The position numbers and the translations under genes were made by a program. Positions 1 to 8,975 of a DNA stretch of 64,000 nt are shown here, piece after piece. Position 1 is the stretch's first letter. The number at the start of each line of letters is the position of its first letter. The notes under the pieces were generated by a model, which was not told where the DNA came from, did no database searches, and saw nothing but the letters and a program-made list of their open reading frames with translations. The DNA is from Candidatus Neomicrothrix parvicella RN1 (GTDB taxonomy: Bacteria; Actinomycetota; Acidimicrobiia; Acidimicrobiales; VFJN01), in contig CAMDIH010000003.1 in the NCBI GenBank assembly GCA_945898515.1, positions 991-64,990 on the forward strand, in the 5' to 3' direction.

Positions 1-149
1 ACAAGGCGAGGGCCAAGGGGGTGGAGCGCGAGCCGGGGCACACCACGGCGTGGACCACGCCGTGGCGAGCCCATTCATCCACCAGGGTGGAGCAGAAGGT
101 GGCTTGGAGATCTTCGGTTGAATCGACCATTGCACCCCTATCCGACCAC

Positions 150-926
150 ATGCCGTGTGCCAGCATCCATGCCGTGAAGTTGTACGCCGATCTTGAAGGG
201 GCCGGACCCCGCATCGTGCTGGTGCACGGATTTACCCAGACACGCCGCTGTTGGGGGGCTGAAGTCAACGATCTGGCGGCTGACCACCAGGTCATCCGCG
301 TTGATGCTCCCGGTCACGGGCGCTCCCACGCGGTGGGCGCCAGCCTCGCCATGGGCGCGCAACTCATCGCCCACGAGGGCGGCGAGGCCACCTACCTGGG
401 GTACTCGATGGGCGCTCGTTTCTGCCTGCAGTTGGCGTTGGACCACCCCTCTCTGGTGCGCCGACTGGTGCTGATCAGCGGGACGGCGGGCCTGGAGGAT
501 CCTGCCCAACGGGCGGAGCGGCAGGAACGCGATGGGCGCACCGCTCGTCGCATCGAAGCAGAGGGAGTAGACCAGTTCCTGGAATGGTGGCTGTCCCAGC
601 CGTTATTTGCGGGTCTGCCTCCCGAGCGGGCTTTTCGGGCGGAGCGAATGGAGAACACCGTGGCCGGGCTCGTATCGAGCCTGGAGTGCGCCGGCACCGG
701 GGCCCAGGACCCATCGTGGTCCCGCCTGGCGGGCCTGACCATGCCGGTGCTCGTGCTCGCCGGGGCACTCGACCCCAAGTTTGCCGCCCTCGCCGAGCGC
801 CTGGCCGGCGAGATCGGGACCAATGCCACCGTGACGTTGGTACCAGAGGCGGGCCATGCCGCCCACCTCGAACAACCCGCGGCCTTCCGGTCGATCCTGC
901 GCGCCTGGCTCGCCGAGCACCCCTGA
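150..926 (+). CDS. menH: alpha/beta-fold hydrolase, MenH-like (SHCHC synthase candidate)
   Basis: ORF 21..926. It has LVHGF, a GYSMGA nucleophile elbow and a C-terminal GHAAHLE, and lies next to menA/menE. The ATG at 150 was chosen because the first 43 codons look like a non-conserved extension. Confidence 0.6.
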   Translation: MPCASIHAVKLYADLEGAGPRIVLVHGFTQTRRCWGAEVNDLAADHQVIRVDAPGHGRSHAVGASLAMGAQLIAHEGGEATYLGYSMGARFCLQLALDHPSLVRRLVLISGTAGLEDPAQRAERQERDGRTARRIEAEGVDQFLEWWLSQPLFAGLPPERAFRAERMENTVAGLVSSLECAGTGAQDPSWSRLAGLTMPVLVLAGALDPKFAALAERLAGEIGTNATVTLVPEAGHAAHLEQPAAFRSILRAWLAEHP

Positions 927-959
927 GCACCCGTCGGGTCGCTCGGGTCAGTCCGGGGT

Positions 960-1238
960 GCACGGCGCCCAACGCTCGCCTCACCCACCACGCCCGGACA
1001 TCCTCAGACGCCGCCCGTGAGCCGATACCGTGTCGCTCGGATTCCCCTCCCGAGGACCGCCATCGCCGCCCGCGGCAAGAGGGGTGCCGCCGCCGGGGTG
1101 ATGGACATCTCCACCGGTGGGATCGGTCAGGGGCAACGCCGGGCTCCCGGAGGGGCCGGCACCGCGCTGACGGCCCGAGGTGACTACAACGCCGCCGACC
1201 CTGCATCCAACTCGGCCAGATAGACTCGTAGGCCGTGC
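960..1238 (+). promoter_or_regulatory. candidate structured 5' leader (weak resemblance to the ydaO / c-di-AMP riboswitch class)
   Basis: Lies in a 338-nt gene-free gap. Bracketing helix GCACGGC (960-966) / GCCGUGC (1232-1238) and inner pair GGUGCCG (1083-1089) / CGGCACC (1157-1163). The blocks GGGGUGA (1095-1101), CCGACCC (1195-1201) and CAGAUAGACUCGUAGGC (1217-1233) resemble the consensus as I remember it. Unverified. Confidence 0.2.
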
Positions 1239-1264
1239 TCTGAGTAGCCCCGAAAGCAGCCCCC

Positions 1265-1642
1265 GTGAACCGATTGACCCGCCACCACATGCCCAGGATA
1301 GGGATGACCATCGTAGCCTCCGTGGCGCTCACCGTGTCGGCCTGCGGTGGTACCAACGACGCTGATGGGCCAGAGGCCACCGCACTCCAGGAGGAACTTT
1401 CGGCGCTGTTTCAGCGCAGCGAAAACGCCGGATTGAGCAAGACGGTGGCCGACTGCTACGCGAACATTTTGGTGGAGGAGGCCGGTGTCCCGGCCCTGCA
1501 AGAGATCGACCTCACTAACCCGTCACTATCAGTTCCCCCGGAGATGAAAAAGGCCGTCGATGCCGCCTTCCTCCGCGCCAAGACGGAATGCCCGGGCATC
1601 GTGGCCGAGATCACCGCTAACGCCGACGCCAGCCCCAACTAG
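1265..1642 (+). CDS. small lipoprotein, function unknown
   Basis: ORF 1265..1642. The signal peptide ends in the lipobox LTVSAC followed by GG. The start is uncertain: GTG 1265, or one of the internal ATGs giving MPRIGMTIV.... Confidence 0.6.
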   Translation: MNRLTRHHMPRIGMTIVASVALTVSACGGTNDADGPEATALQEELSALFQRSENAGLSKTVADCYANILVEEAGVPALQEIDLTNPSLSVPPEMKKAVDAAFLRAKTECPGIVAEITANADASPN

Positions 1643-1669
1643 GCCCCCACCCAGCCCCCCGGGGACGTT

Positions 1670-2602
1670 CTAGGGAGCACCGATCCAGAGCCCGGCGGCT
1701 AGCAGCGCGCCGGTGACCAACTGCACTCGCCCGGTGGCCCCCAGCACCGGAATCAGCGCCGCCCCGCTGGCCCCTTCAAGTACTTGCACCACCGGTTGGC
1801 GGGCCAGCACGATGCCCACCAATGCCGCCGCCGCCGGACCGCGCCCGAAACCACCCGCCACCACCGGCACGGTCATGAACGCCAGCGCGAGCAAACTCAC
1901 GTAGAGCACACGGGTACGACGATCACCGAGCCGCACGGCCAGGGTTCTCTTACCCGAGCGGGTGTCGCCGGGGATGTCACGCAGGTTGTTGACCACCAAC
2001 AACGCGGTGGCCAGCAGACCCACCGGCACGGCCGCCACCGCCGAGAGGTCGGTGAGGTAACCCGTCTGCACGTAGGCCGAACCCACGGTGGCCACCAGTC
2101 CGAAAAACACGAACACGAACACTTCCCCGAAGCCGTAGTAGCCGTAAGGGTGCGAACCGCCGGTATAGAACCATCCCGCCGCCACCGACGCGGCGCCGAC
2201 GAGTACCAACTCCGGTCCCACTGCCACCGCGAGCGCCAGGCCGGCCACCATGGCGACCAGAAACGAACCCAGGGCCGCTCGCTTGACGGCCGCGGCCGGT
2301 TGGATCCCCCAGCCCACCAGACGCACCGGACCGACCCGCTGGGCGGGATCGTCGGTGCCCCGCACCCCGTCGCTGTAGTCGTTCGCGAAATTGGTGCCGA
2401 TCTGCAGCCCGAGAGCCACCACCCCGGCGGCGATCGCCCGCCACAGCTGTATCTCCACCACCCCGACGGCGCACGCCGTCCCCACCAGCACGGGCACTAC
2501 TGCGGCGGGCAGGGTGCGGGGTCGGGCCCCGGCCACCCACGCGCGCCAGCCCACCGGTGGGTCGGACGGGGCGGCGGGAGTCATGACGTTGTCGAGTCTC
2601 AC
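1670..2602 (-). CDS. menA: 1,4-dihydroxy-2-naphthoate polyprenyltransferase (UbiA family)
   Basis: Polytopic membrane protein with NDYSDGVRGTDD and NNLRDIPGD motifs typical of MenA. Start is GTG 2602 or ATG 2584. Confidence 0.85.
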   Translation of the reverse strand: MRLDNVMTPAAPSDPPVGWRAWVAGARPRTLPAAVVPVLVGTACAVGVVEIQLWRAIAAGVVALGLQIGTNFANDYSDGVRGTDDPAQRVGPVRLVGWGIQPAAAVKRAALGSFLVAMVAGLALAVAVGPELVLVGAASVAAGWFYTGGSHPYGYYGFGEVFVFVFFGLVATVGSAYVQTGYLTDLSAVAAVPVGLLATALLVVNNLRDIPGDTRSGKRTLAVRLGDRRTRVLYVSLLALAFMTVPVVAGGFGRGPAAAALVGIVLARQPVVQVLEGASGAALIPVLGATGRVQLVTGALLAAGLWIGAP

Positions 2603-2626
2603 CCAGCAGTCCGTAACCTGCCAGCC

Positions 2627-3688
2627 ATGGCCCGCTTGGTGGTGCTCGATACCGATGACCCTGCGTTCCTCGACGGCCTCCGCCGGGCCTGGGACGCTGG
2701 CGATGCGATACTGCCGATCGATCCCCGGTGGCCGCCCCCCGTCCGCGCCGCCATCCTCGACGCCGCTCGCCTCGCCGAACCGTGTCTACCGGGCGACGCG
2801 GTGGCCATCGCCACCAGCGGGACCACCGGCGCGCCTCGCGTGGCGATGCTCACCCATGCCGCCGTGGCCGCCTCGGCCAGTGCCACCAGCCGCCGGTTGG
2901 AGGTAGATCCCGCCGGCGACCAATGGTTGGCCTGTCTTCCTCTGGCTCACATCGGCGGGCTTTCGGTGGTCACCCGGGCCCTGATCACCAACACGCCCCT
3001 CACCCTGCAAACCCGCTTCGATGCCGCGGCGGTGGGGCAAGCCGCCGTCGACGGTTGCACCCTCACCGCGCTGGTTCCCACCACCATGAGCCGCGTGAAT
3101 CCGGGCCTGTTCCGCACCATCCTGGTAGGCGGTCAGGCGGTGCCCGAAGAACGCCCGCCCAACGTCATCGCCACCTACGGGATGACCGAGACCGGCAGTG
3201 GGGTGGTGTACGACGGAGTGCCACTCGAGGGGGTGGAACTACGCATCGGCCCCGACGGCGAGATCCAGATACGGGGGGCCATGCTGCTGCGGGCCTACCG
3301 CGACGGACACGACCCCAAGGATGCCCACGGCTGGTTCCCCACCGGCGACTCGGGCAGCCTCAGCAACGGTCTCCTGAGCGTGCATGGGCGCGGTAGCGAC
3401 CTGATCATCTCCGGCGGCGAAAACGTGTGGCCCGCCGCGGTGGAAGCGGCGTTGCTCCGCCACCCGAAAGTGGCCGAAGTAGCGGTCGTGGGTCGCCCCG
3501 ACCCCGAGTGGGGGGCACGGGTGCACGCGGTGGTGGTGCCCATCGAGGCCACCGATCCCCCCACCCTGGACCAGCTCCGCCAGCACGCGAAGCAGTGGCT
3601 CCCGACCTCTGCCGCTCCCCGCTCGCTGCAGATCGTGACGGCCTTACCCCGCACCCCCACCGGCAAGATCATTCGTACCGACGCTTAG
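2627..3688 (+). CDS. menE: o-succinylbenzoate--CoA ligase (short actinobacterial type)
   Basis: This is the C-terminal 354 codons of ORF 1784..3688, starting at ATG 2627 (MARLVVLD). Adenylation motifs TSGTTGAPR, YGMTET, GD.G and PRTPTGKI are present. The upstream ORF part is antisense to menA. Confidence 0.8.
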   Translation: MARLVVLDTDDPAFLDGLRRAWDAGDAILPIDPRWPPPVRAAILDAARLAEPCLPGDAVAIATSGTTGAPRVAMLTHAAVAASASATSRRLEVDPAGDQWLACLPLAHIGGLSVVTRALITNTPLTLQTRFDAAAVGQAAVDGCTLTALVPTTMSRVNPGLFRTILVGGQAVPEERPPNVIATYGMTETGSGVVYDGVPLEGVELRIGPDGEIQIRGAMLLRAYRDGHDPKDAHGWFPTGDSGSLSNGLLSVHGRGSDLIISGGENVWPAAVEAALLRHPKVAEVAVVGRPDPEWGARVHAVVVPIEATDPPTLDQLRQHAKQWLPTSAAPRSLQIVTALPRTPTGKIIRTDA

Positions 3689-4464
3689 CGGCGGGCCACC
3701 GGACCGAGCAACGCTCCACCGTCGACCACCATGACATGGCCGGTGATCCACGATGCCATGTCACTGGCCAGAAAGAGCGCAGCGTTGGCAATGTCGACCG
3801 GCTCCCCGAGACGACCCAGGGGCATGGATGCCGCCATCCGCGTCTCGTTCGGTTCCCACAGCGCCCGGGCCATGTCGGTCTTCACCAATCCGGGGGCAAT
3901 GGCGTTGACCCGCACGTTCGGGGCCAGTTCGGCGGCCATCGTGCGGGTGAGGTGCAACAGGGCCGCCTTCGTAGCGTTGTAGATGCCAATGGAGGGTTCC
4001 ACCGACAGGCCCCCCACCGAGGCGATGTTGAGCACAGATCCGCCCCGCTGCGCTAAGGACCGTTGGTAGGCCAACTGCGTCCACACTAATGGGCCCCGCA
4101 GGTTCACCTCGAAGGTCTTGTCGTAACGCGACAAGTCGATCTCCATCGTGGGACCGATGTAGGGATTGGTGGCGGCATTGTTCACCAAGATGTCGATGCC
4201 CCCGAAATGCTCCACACAGTGATCCACGGCCGCCGCCGCCTGTTCGGGGTCACCGGCGTTGGCAGCCATCACCTCCACGTTGCCCCCGATATCGGCGGCG
4301 GCGGCCCTGAGGTCGGGCAACTTGCGCGACGTGAGCAGTACCGAGGCGCCCGCATCGGCATAGGCGCGAGCGATGGCTTTACCGATACCGCGTGATGCCC
4401 CGGTGATGAGCGCGACCTGTCCTTCTAAAGAGATTTTCACCCCCGAGACCGTACTGTGCGCCAC
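3685..4464 (-). CDS. SDR-family oxidoreductase (FabG-like)
   Basis: TGASRGIGKAIA Rossmann motif, NNAA, and the catalytic YNATK. Confidence 0.9.
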   Translation of the reverse strand: MAHSTVSGVKISLEGQVALITGASRGIGKAIARAYADAGASVLLTSRKLPDLRAAAADIGGNVEVMAANAGDPEQAAAAVDHCVEHFGGIDILVNNAATNPYIGPTMEIDLSRYDKTFEVNLRGPLVWTQLAYQRSLAQRGGSVLNIASVGGLSVEPSIGIYNATKAALLHLTRTMAAELAPNVRVNAIAPGLVKTDMARALWEPNETRMAASMPLGRLGEPVDIANAALFLASDMASWITGHVMVVDGGALLGPVARR

Positions 4465-4483
4465 GGGTTCCTAGGGTGGGGAT

Positions 4484-6460
4484 GTGAACCGACTAGCCGC
4501 TGAGACCAGCCCCTACCTCCGCCAGCACGCCGACAACCCGGTGGACTGGTACCCCTGGGGGGAGGAAGCCTTCGCGGCGGCGGCCCTGACGGATCGCCCG
4601 ATCCTGCTGTCGGTCGGCTATTCAGCCTGCCACTGGTGCCATGTGATGGCCCATGAAAGTTTCGAGGATCCGGCCGTGGCGGCGGTGATGAACGAGCGAT
4701 TTGTGAACGTGAAAGTGGACCGCGAGGAGCGGCCTGATGTGGACGACATCTACATGGAGGCCACTCAGGCCATGACCGGCCGGGGCGGTTGGCCGATGAC
4801 GGTGATCTGCACCCCCGACGGCCGTCCCTTCTTTGCGGGCACCTATTTTCCCAAGGAGCGACGCGGCGGCATGATCGGCTTCGTCGAGTTATGCGAGAGG
4901 ATCGACGAACTGTGGCAAACCCGGCGACCTGAACTTCTTGCGCAGGCCGATCAACTGACCAGCGCTCTCGGACGCTCCGCTCTTCTCGAACCCACCGGCG
5001 ACCTCCCCACCGTGGCCGACCTCGACGGAGCCATCGACATTCTCCTGACCGCCAGTGATTCCGAATGGGGGGGCCTGGGCCACGCGCCCAAGTTTCCGCA
5101 GCCGATGGCCCAAGAGGTACTCGCCGCCGCCGCCGCCCGCGGCCACACCGCAGCACTCGCCGCCCTCACGACCAGCCTGGATGCCATGGCCGCCGGGGGC
5201 ATCTATGACCACCTCGGCGGCGGCTTCTCCCGGTACGCGGTGGACAACGTGTGGCTCGTGCCCCATTTCGAAAAGATGCTCTACGACAACGCTCTCTTGA
5301 TCCGCCTCTATCTCCACGGCTGGCTCCTCACCGCCGAGCCACGTTTCCGCCAGACCCTCACCGAGACCATCAACTACACCATCACCGAACTGCGCCAACC
5401 CGGGGGCGGCACCAGTTCGGCGGAGGATGCCGACAGCGAAGGCGAGGAGGGCCGGTTCTATGTGTGGACCCCCGAGCAGATACGCGACGTGCTGGGCGCG
5501 GAGGCCGATGCCGCCATTGCCTTCTATGGCGTGGAGGCTCCCGGCAACTTCGAGCACAACACCAGCATCCTGAACCGGATGCACGCCCGTGGCGTGCTGG
5601 CCCGACCCGCCGAGATCGAAGCGGCCCGGCAGGCGTTGTTCGATGCCCGTGCCACCCGGGTGCGCCCCGGCCTCGACGACAAGGTGCTCACCGAGTGGAA
5701 CGCGTACCTGGTGGCGGCGCTGGCTGAGGCCGGGGCCGCCTGCAACGAGCCGTCCTGGGTGGCCGCCGCGGTGGAAACCGCCGAGTTTCTCCTCACCCAC
5801 CTGCGACGGCCCGATGGGCGCTGGCTGCGGTCCTGGCAGGCCGATGCGGGCGCCCGTCACCTGGCCTACGCCACCGATCACGGAGCGCTGATCGACGCCT
5901 TTACGCGTCTGGCTGAGGCCACCGGCGAGGCCCGCTGGATCACCGAGGCACGCCGGGTGGCTGACGCGCTGATCCACCTATTTTGGGATGAGGAGCGAGG
6001 CGGAGTGTTCACCACGGGCCACGATGCCGAAACCCTCATCACCCGCCCAAAGGATCTGATGGACAACGCCACGCCGGGGGCCAACGGCCTGGCGGCGGTG
6101 GGGTTGCTGCGCCTGGCGGCCCTCACCGGCCACGAGCCCTACCGGGCTGGCGGCGAAGCGATCGTGGCCCTACTGGGCCCTCTGGCGGTGGCCCAACCCA
6201 CGGCTTTTGGCCAGGTGCTGGCCGCGGTGGATCTTCTGGTGCGCGGGACCACCGAGATCGTGATCCCCGGCCATCGTCCCGATCTGGTGGCCGCCACCCG
6301 CGCCCGTTACCTCCCCGGGGTGGTACTGGCGTGGGGGGAACGCTACGACTCTCCGCTGTGGGAGGGCCGGGAGGACAACCGCGCCTACCTCTGTCGGCAC
6401 TACACCTGCGCACTGCCCGCCGACGACGCCGCCGCCCTGACGGCCCAACTCATCGCCTGA
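4484..6460 (+). CDS. thioredoxin-domain protein, YyaL/DUF255 type, with a six-hairpin glycosidase-like C-terminal domain
   Basis: 658 aa with N-terminal [20 protein letters not shown] start. Confidence 0.85.
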   Translation: MNRLAAETSPYLRQHADNPVDWYPWGEEAFAAAALTDRPILLSVGYSACHWCHVMAHESFEDPAVAAVMNERFVNVKVDREERPDVDDIYMEATQAMTGRGGWPMTVICTPDGRPFFAGTYFPKERRGGMIGFVELCERIDELWQTRRPELLAQADQLTSALGRSALLEPTGDLPTVADLDGAIDILLTASDSEWGGLGHAPKFPQPMAQEVLAAAAARGHTAALAALTTSLDAMAAGGIYDHLGGGFSRYAVDNVWLVPHFEKMLYDNALLIRLYLHGWLLTAEPRFRQTLTETINYTITELRQPGGGTSSAEDADSEGEEGRFYVWTPEQIRDVLGAEADAAIAFYGVEAPGNFEHNTSILNRMHARGVLARPAEIEAARQALFDARATRVRPGLDDKVLTEWNAYLVAALAEAGAACNEPSWVAAAVETAEFLLTHLRRPDGRWLRSWQADAGARHLAYATDHGALIDAFTRLAEATGEARWITEARRVADALIHLFWDEERGGVFTTGHDAETLITRPKDLMDNATPGANGLAAVGLLRLAALTGHEPYRAGGEAIVALLGPLAVAQPTAFGQVLAAVDLLVRGTTEIVIPGHRPDLVAATRARYLPGVVLAWGERYDSPLWEGREDNRAYLCRHYTCALPADDAAALTAQLIA

Positions 6461-6493
6461 GCTGCTGCGCCGAGGCCGCGGCCCCCAGGCGGA

Positions 6494-7522
6494 TCAGACC
6501 CGGACCACGATCTTGCCGATGTTCTCACCGAGGAACATCGCGTTGAGCGCCCGGGGGGCCGAGGGGAGGCCCTCGAAAATATGGCTGCGGTGCTCAAGAC
6601 GCCCATCAGCCACCCACTCCCCCAGCGTGTCCATGATGTCGGCGTAGCGGCCCCAGGAGTCCCAGGAGATGAAGCCCTCCATGCGGGCCCGCCGGGCGAT
6701 GAGGTTGAGGTAGTTGGCCGGGCCGGGCGGCTTGAACAGATCGTTGTAGGAGGAGATGGCCCCACAGAGAACGACCCGAGCGTGATCGGCCAGTCGGCCG
6801 AGTACGGCATCAAGGATCGGGCCGCCGGTGTTGTCGAAAAACACATCCACCCGCTGCGGACACAGCGCCCGCAGTTGGGCGGGGACATCGTCGGTGCGGT
6901 GGTTGATCACACCGTCGATCCCGAGGCCATCGATCAGCCAGGCGGCCTTCTCATCGGTGCCGGTGATCCCGATCACCCGGCACCCCAGGATCTTGGCGAT
7001 CTGCACGGCGATGGATCCGGTGGCTCCCGCGGCGGCCGACACGACCACCGTCTCGCCCTGGGCGACCCGGCCGATCTCGGTGAGGCCCACATAGGCGGTG
7101 AGACCGTTGGCCCCGAACACTCCGAGGGCGGCGAGGGGATCGATTCCCTCGGCGAGGGGCGTGGTGAGCATCGGGTCGTCGCTCACCACGGCGTACTCCT
7201 GCCATCCGGTGAGCGTGGACACCAAGGCACCTTCGCGTACACGCTCGCTACGCGACGCCACCACACGGCCGATGCCGCTGCTTCGCACCACTTCCCCGAT
7301 CTCGACCGGGGGGATGTAGCCCTCCGCTTTCGATAGCCAGGTGCGGACGGTGGCGTCGATGCCGATGTACTCGGTCTGCACCAGCACCTCGCCGCTGGCC
7401 AGATCGGCCACGTCCACCTCGTCGTGGCCGAAGTCGTCTTCGGTCACCAAGCCTTCGGGACGTTGAGCCAACACGACGCGACGGTTTTTCAGGTCTCCCA
7501 CGGCGGCGACCTTATCGGGCAA
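6494..7522 (-). CDS. NADP-dependent oxidoreductase (medium-chain reductase, YncB/PTGR-like)
   Basis: 342 aa with the AAAGATGS nucleotide-binding motif and the typical C-terminal GKIVVRV. Confidence 0.85.
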   Translation of the reverse strand: MPDKVAAVGDLKNRRVVLAQRPEGLVTEDDFGHDEVDVADLASGEVLVQTEYIGIDATVRTWLSKAEGYIPPVEIGEVVRSSGIGRVVASRSERVREGALVSTLTGWQEYAVVSDDPMLTTPLAEGIDPLAALGVFGANGLTAYVGLTEIGRVAQGETVVVSAAAGATGSIAVQIAKILGCRVIGITGTDEKAAWLIDGLGIDGVINHRTDDVPAQLRALCPQRVDVFFDNTGGPILDAVLGRLADHARVVLCGAISSYNDLFKPPGPANYLNLIARRARMEGFISWDSWGRYADIMDTLGEWVADGRLEHRSHIFEGLPSAPRALNAMFLGENIGKIVVRV

Positions 7523-7561
7523 CCCGACCGGCCCGAGGCAAGGCTGGGTGGGGTGGGAGGG

Positions 7562-8161
7562 CTACCAGGACCCGCGATGAACGATGTCGGCGAGCGGCAG
7601 ACGGCCCCGGCCCTGGGAGCGGCCGGGCCGATCTGGCGCCGGGTGCCCCAGGGCGACGGTGCCCACGCCTCTCCATCCGGCGGGTACCCCCAGAGCGGCC
7701 AAGACGGCCTCCTCGTGGTCGAACAGACCAAAGAAGCAGGCCCCCAAGCCGGCCTCCACCGCGCCCAGCAATAGATGCTCCACCGCCATGCCACCATCCA
7801 CCCACCAGTAGGGCACCGGCCACTCCTGTTCCCTGCCGCCCAAACCCGCCGAGGCCTTGTCGGGCTCGGCGTAGCGGTCGACCCATGTCTCGGGCCGCAC
7901 GAGGGCCACGATCAGCACCGGGGCGGCCACCAGTCCGGGCCAGCGAAAATCGACCCGCCGCTCCGGGGGCAGGGTGACGTCCCAGTAGCGAGCAGTCTGG
8001 CTCGCCCCTTCCAGCACCACGAACGCCCACCCCTGGCTGTTCCCGGCCGATGGGGCGCGCCGGGCTAAGTCGATCAGTCCATCGACCACGCTCGGGTCGA
8101 TGGTCTCGGGGGTAAAGGCCCGCACCATGCGACGCCGCCGGACGGCGTCGCTCAGGTCCAA
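7562..8161 (-). CDS. nitroreductase family protein
   Basis: ORF 7562..8209. TTG 8161 gives the N-terminus (M)DLSDAVRRRRMVRAF, typical of the family, and removes the 41-nt overlap with the upstream gene. Also has PSAGNSQGW. Confidence 0.8.
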   Translation of the reverse strand: MDLSDAVRRRRMVRAFTPETIDPSVVDGLIDLARRAPSAGNSQGWAFVVLEGASQTARYWDVTLPPERRVDFRWPGLVAAPVLIVALVRPETWVDRYAEPDKASAGLGGREQEWPVPYWWVDGGMAVEHLLLGAVEAGLGACFFGLFDHEEAVLAALGVPAGWRGVGTVALGHPAPDRPGRSQGRGRLPLADIVHRGSW

Positions 8162-8168
8162 GAGCGAA

Positions 8169-8837
8169 TCAGCCCAGTTTGGCGAGGTCTTCGGCCATAG
8201 CCCAGCCAAAGGCCACGAGGGAGTCGCCCCGCTTGAAGTTGAACCCCTTGAACAACGCCACCACCCCGGCCGGAATGGCCTCGGGCTTCAGGCTGTCGTG
8301 GTCGAACACCTCCGGGTGCGACCCGGTGCCCTTGGCGGTGAAGGTCCGATCGTCGTAGGACCCAGTATCCACGCCGAACCGCTTGGCCAACCGTCGACCC
8401 CAGGCCCGCTCCTCGCCACTCGCCTTGTGGTCGGGCCGGGGCACCACGTCGTTGAGTGTCCGCAACGCATCGAAGCCTGACGGCACGACGAAACGTGTAC
8501 CCACCAAAACGTCTTCGTCGGGGAAGGCCAGCATGGCTCGGCGCAACTCGTCGTGCATGACCGCACGCAGCACCGTGTCTCGCTTGGCGCCGCGCTTGAC
8601 CGACGCCAACCCCACCAGCACGGCGGGCGTACCGCCGATGCGCTCGAGGGTGGAGAAGGCGAAGCCCTTGAGCTTGCCGTTCTCGCGGGCCTGAGTCACC
8701 AGCACCCAGGCCTCGGCCTGCTTAGAGAGCAGGCCGGCCTCGTAAGGAATCGGGCCATCGGCGCACAGGTCGGCCAACTCAGCGAGCTCGGCATCTCCTA
8801 GTGCGGTGCAATCTTTAGTTTCGACCTGGATCGACAT
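8169..8837 (-). CDS. hypothetical protein
   Basis: ORF 8169..8933, trimmed to ATG 8837 (MSIQVETKD). Third codon positions are G/C-rich as in coding sequence. No family recognised. Confidence 0.55.
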   Translation of the reverse strand: MSIQVETKDCTALGDAELAELADLCADGPIPYEAGLLSKQAEAWVLVTQARENGKLKGFAFSTLERIGGTPAVLVGLASVKRGAKRDTVLRAVMHDELRRAMLAFPDEDVLVGTRFVVPSGFDALRTLNDVVPRPDHKASGEERAWGRRLAKRFGVDTGSYDDRTFTAKGTGSHPEVFDHDSLKPEAIPAGVVALFKGFNFKRGDSLVAFGWAMAEDLAKLG

Positions 8838-8975
8838 TCTCTTGCCTGCCCCCAGAAACCTCGTGGTTCGACCACCACAGTCCAGTAGACGCGGCCGCCG
8901 AACGCAATTCGACGCCGTAACTCCCACCGGCAAACCACCTGCTCAATGGGCGTGACCAGCGGGTCAGGATGCCCC

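Noticed and set aside
475-1380. Long ORFs (475..1380 minus, 584..1183 plus, 392..991 minus) overlapping menH and the downstream gap.
   Set aside because: They give Arg/Pro/Gly-rich low-complexity translations with no motifs. They are antisense or out of frame to a well-supported gene, which is the typical high-GC artefact.
1784-2626. Upstream 281 codons of the menE ORF. Similar 5' extensions occur on the murG, murC, murD, ppa, lspA and ROK ORFs.
   Set aside because: The extensions are antisense to, or overlap, neighbouring real genes and are low complexity. Internal starts coincide with stop/start overlaps of the upstream genes.
8863-8875. GTGGT-TCG-ACCAC, with a TCGAAC half-site on the minus strand between dnaE and the next gene. 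This could be a LexA box.
   Set aside because: Only one half of TCGAAC-N4-GTTCGA is present. The short 5-bp stem is unremarkable in this GC context.
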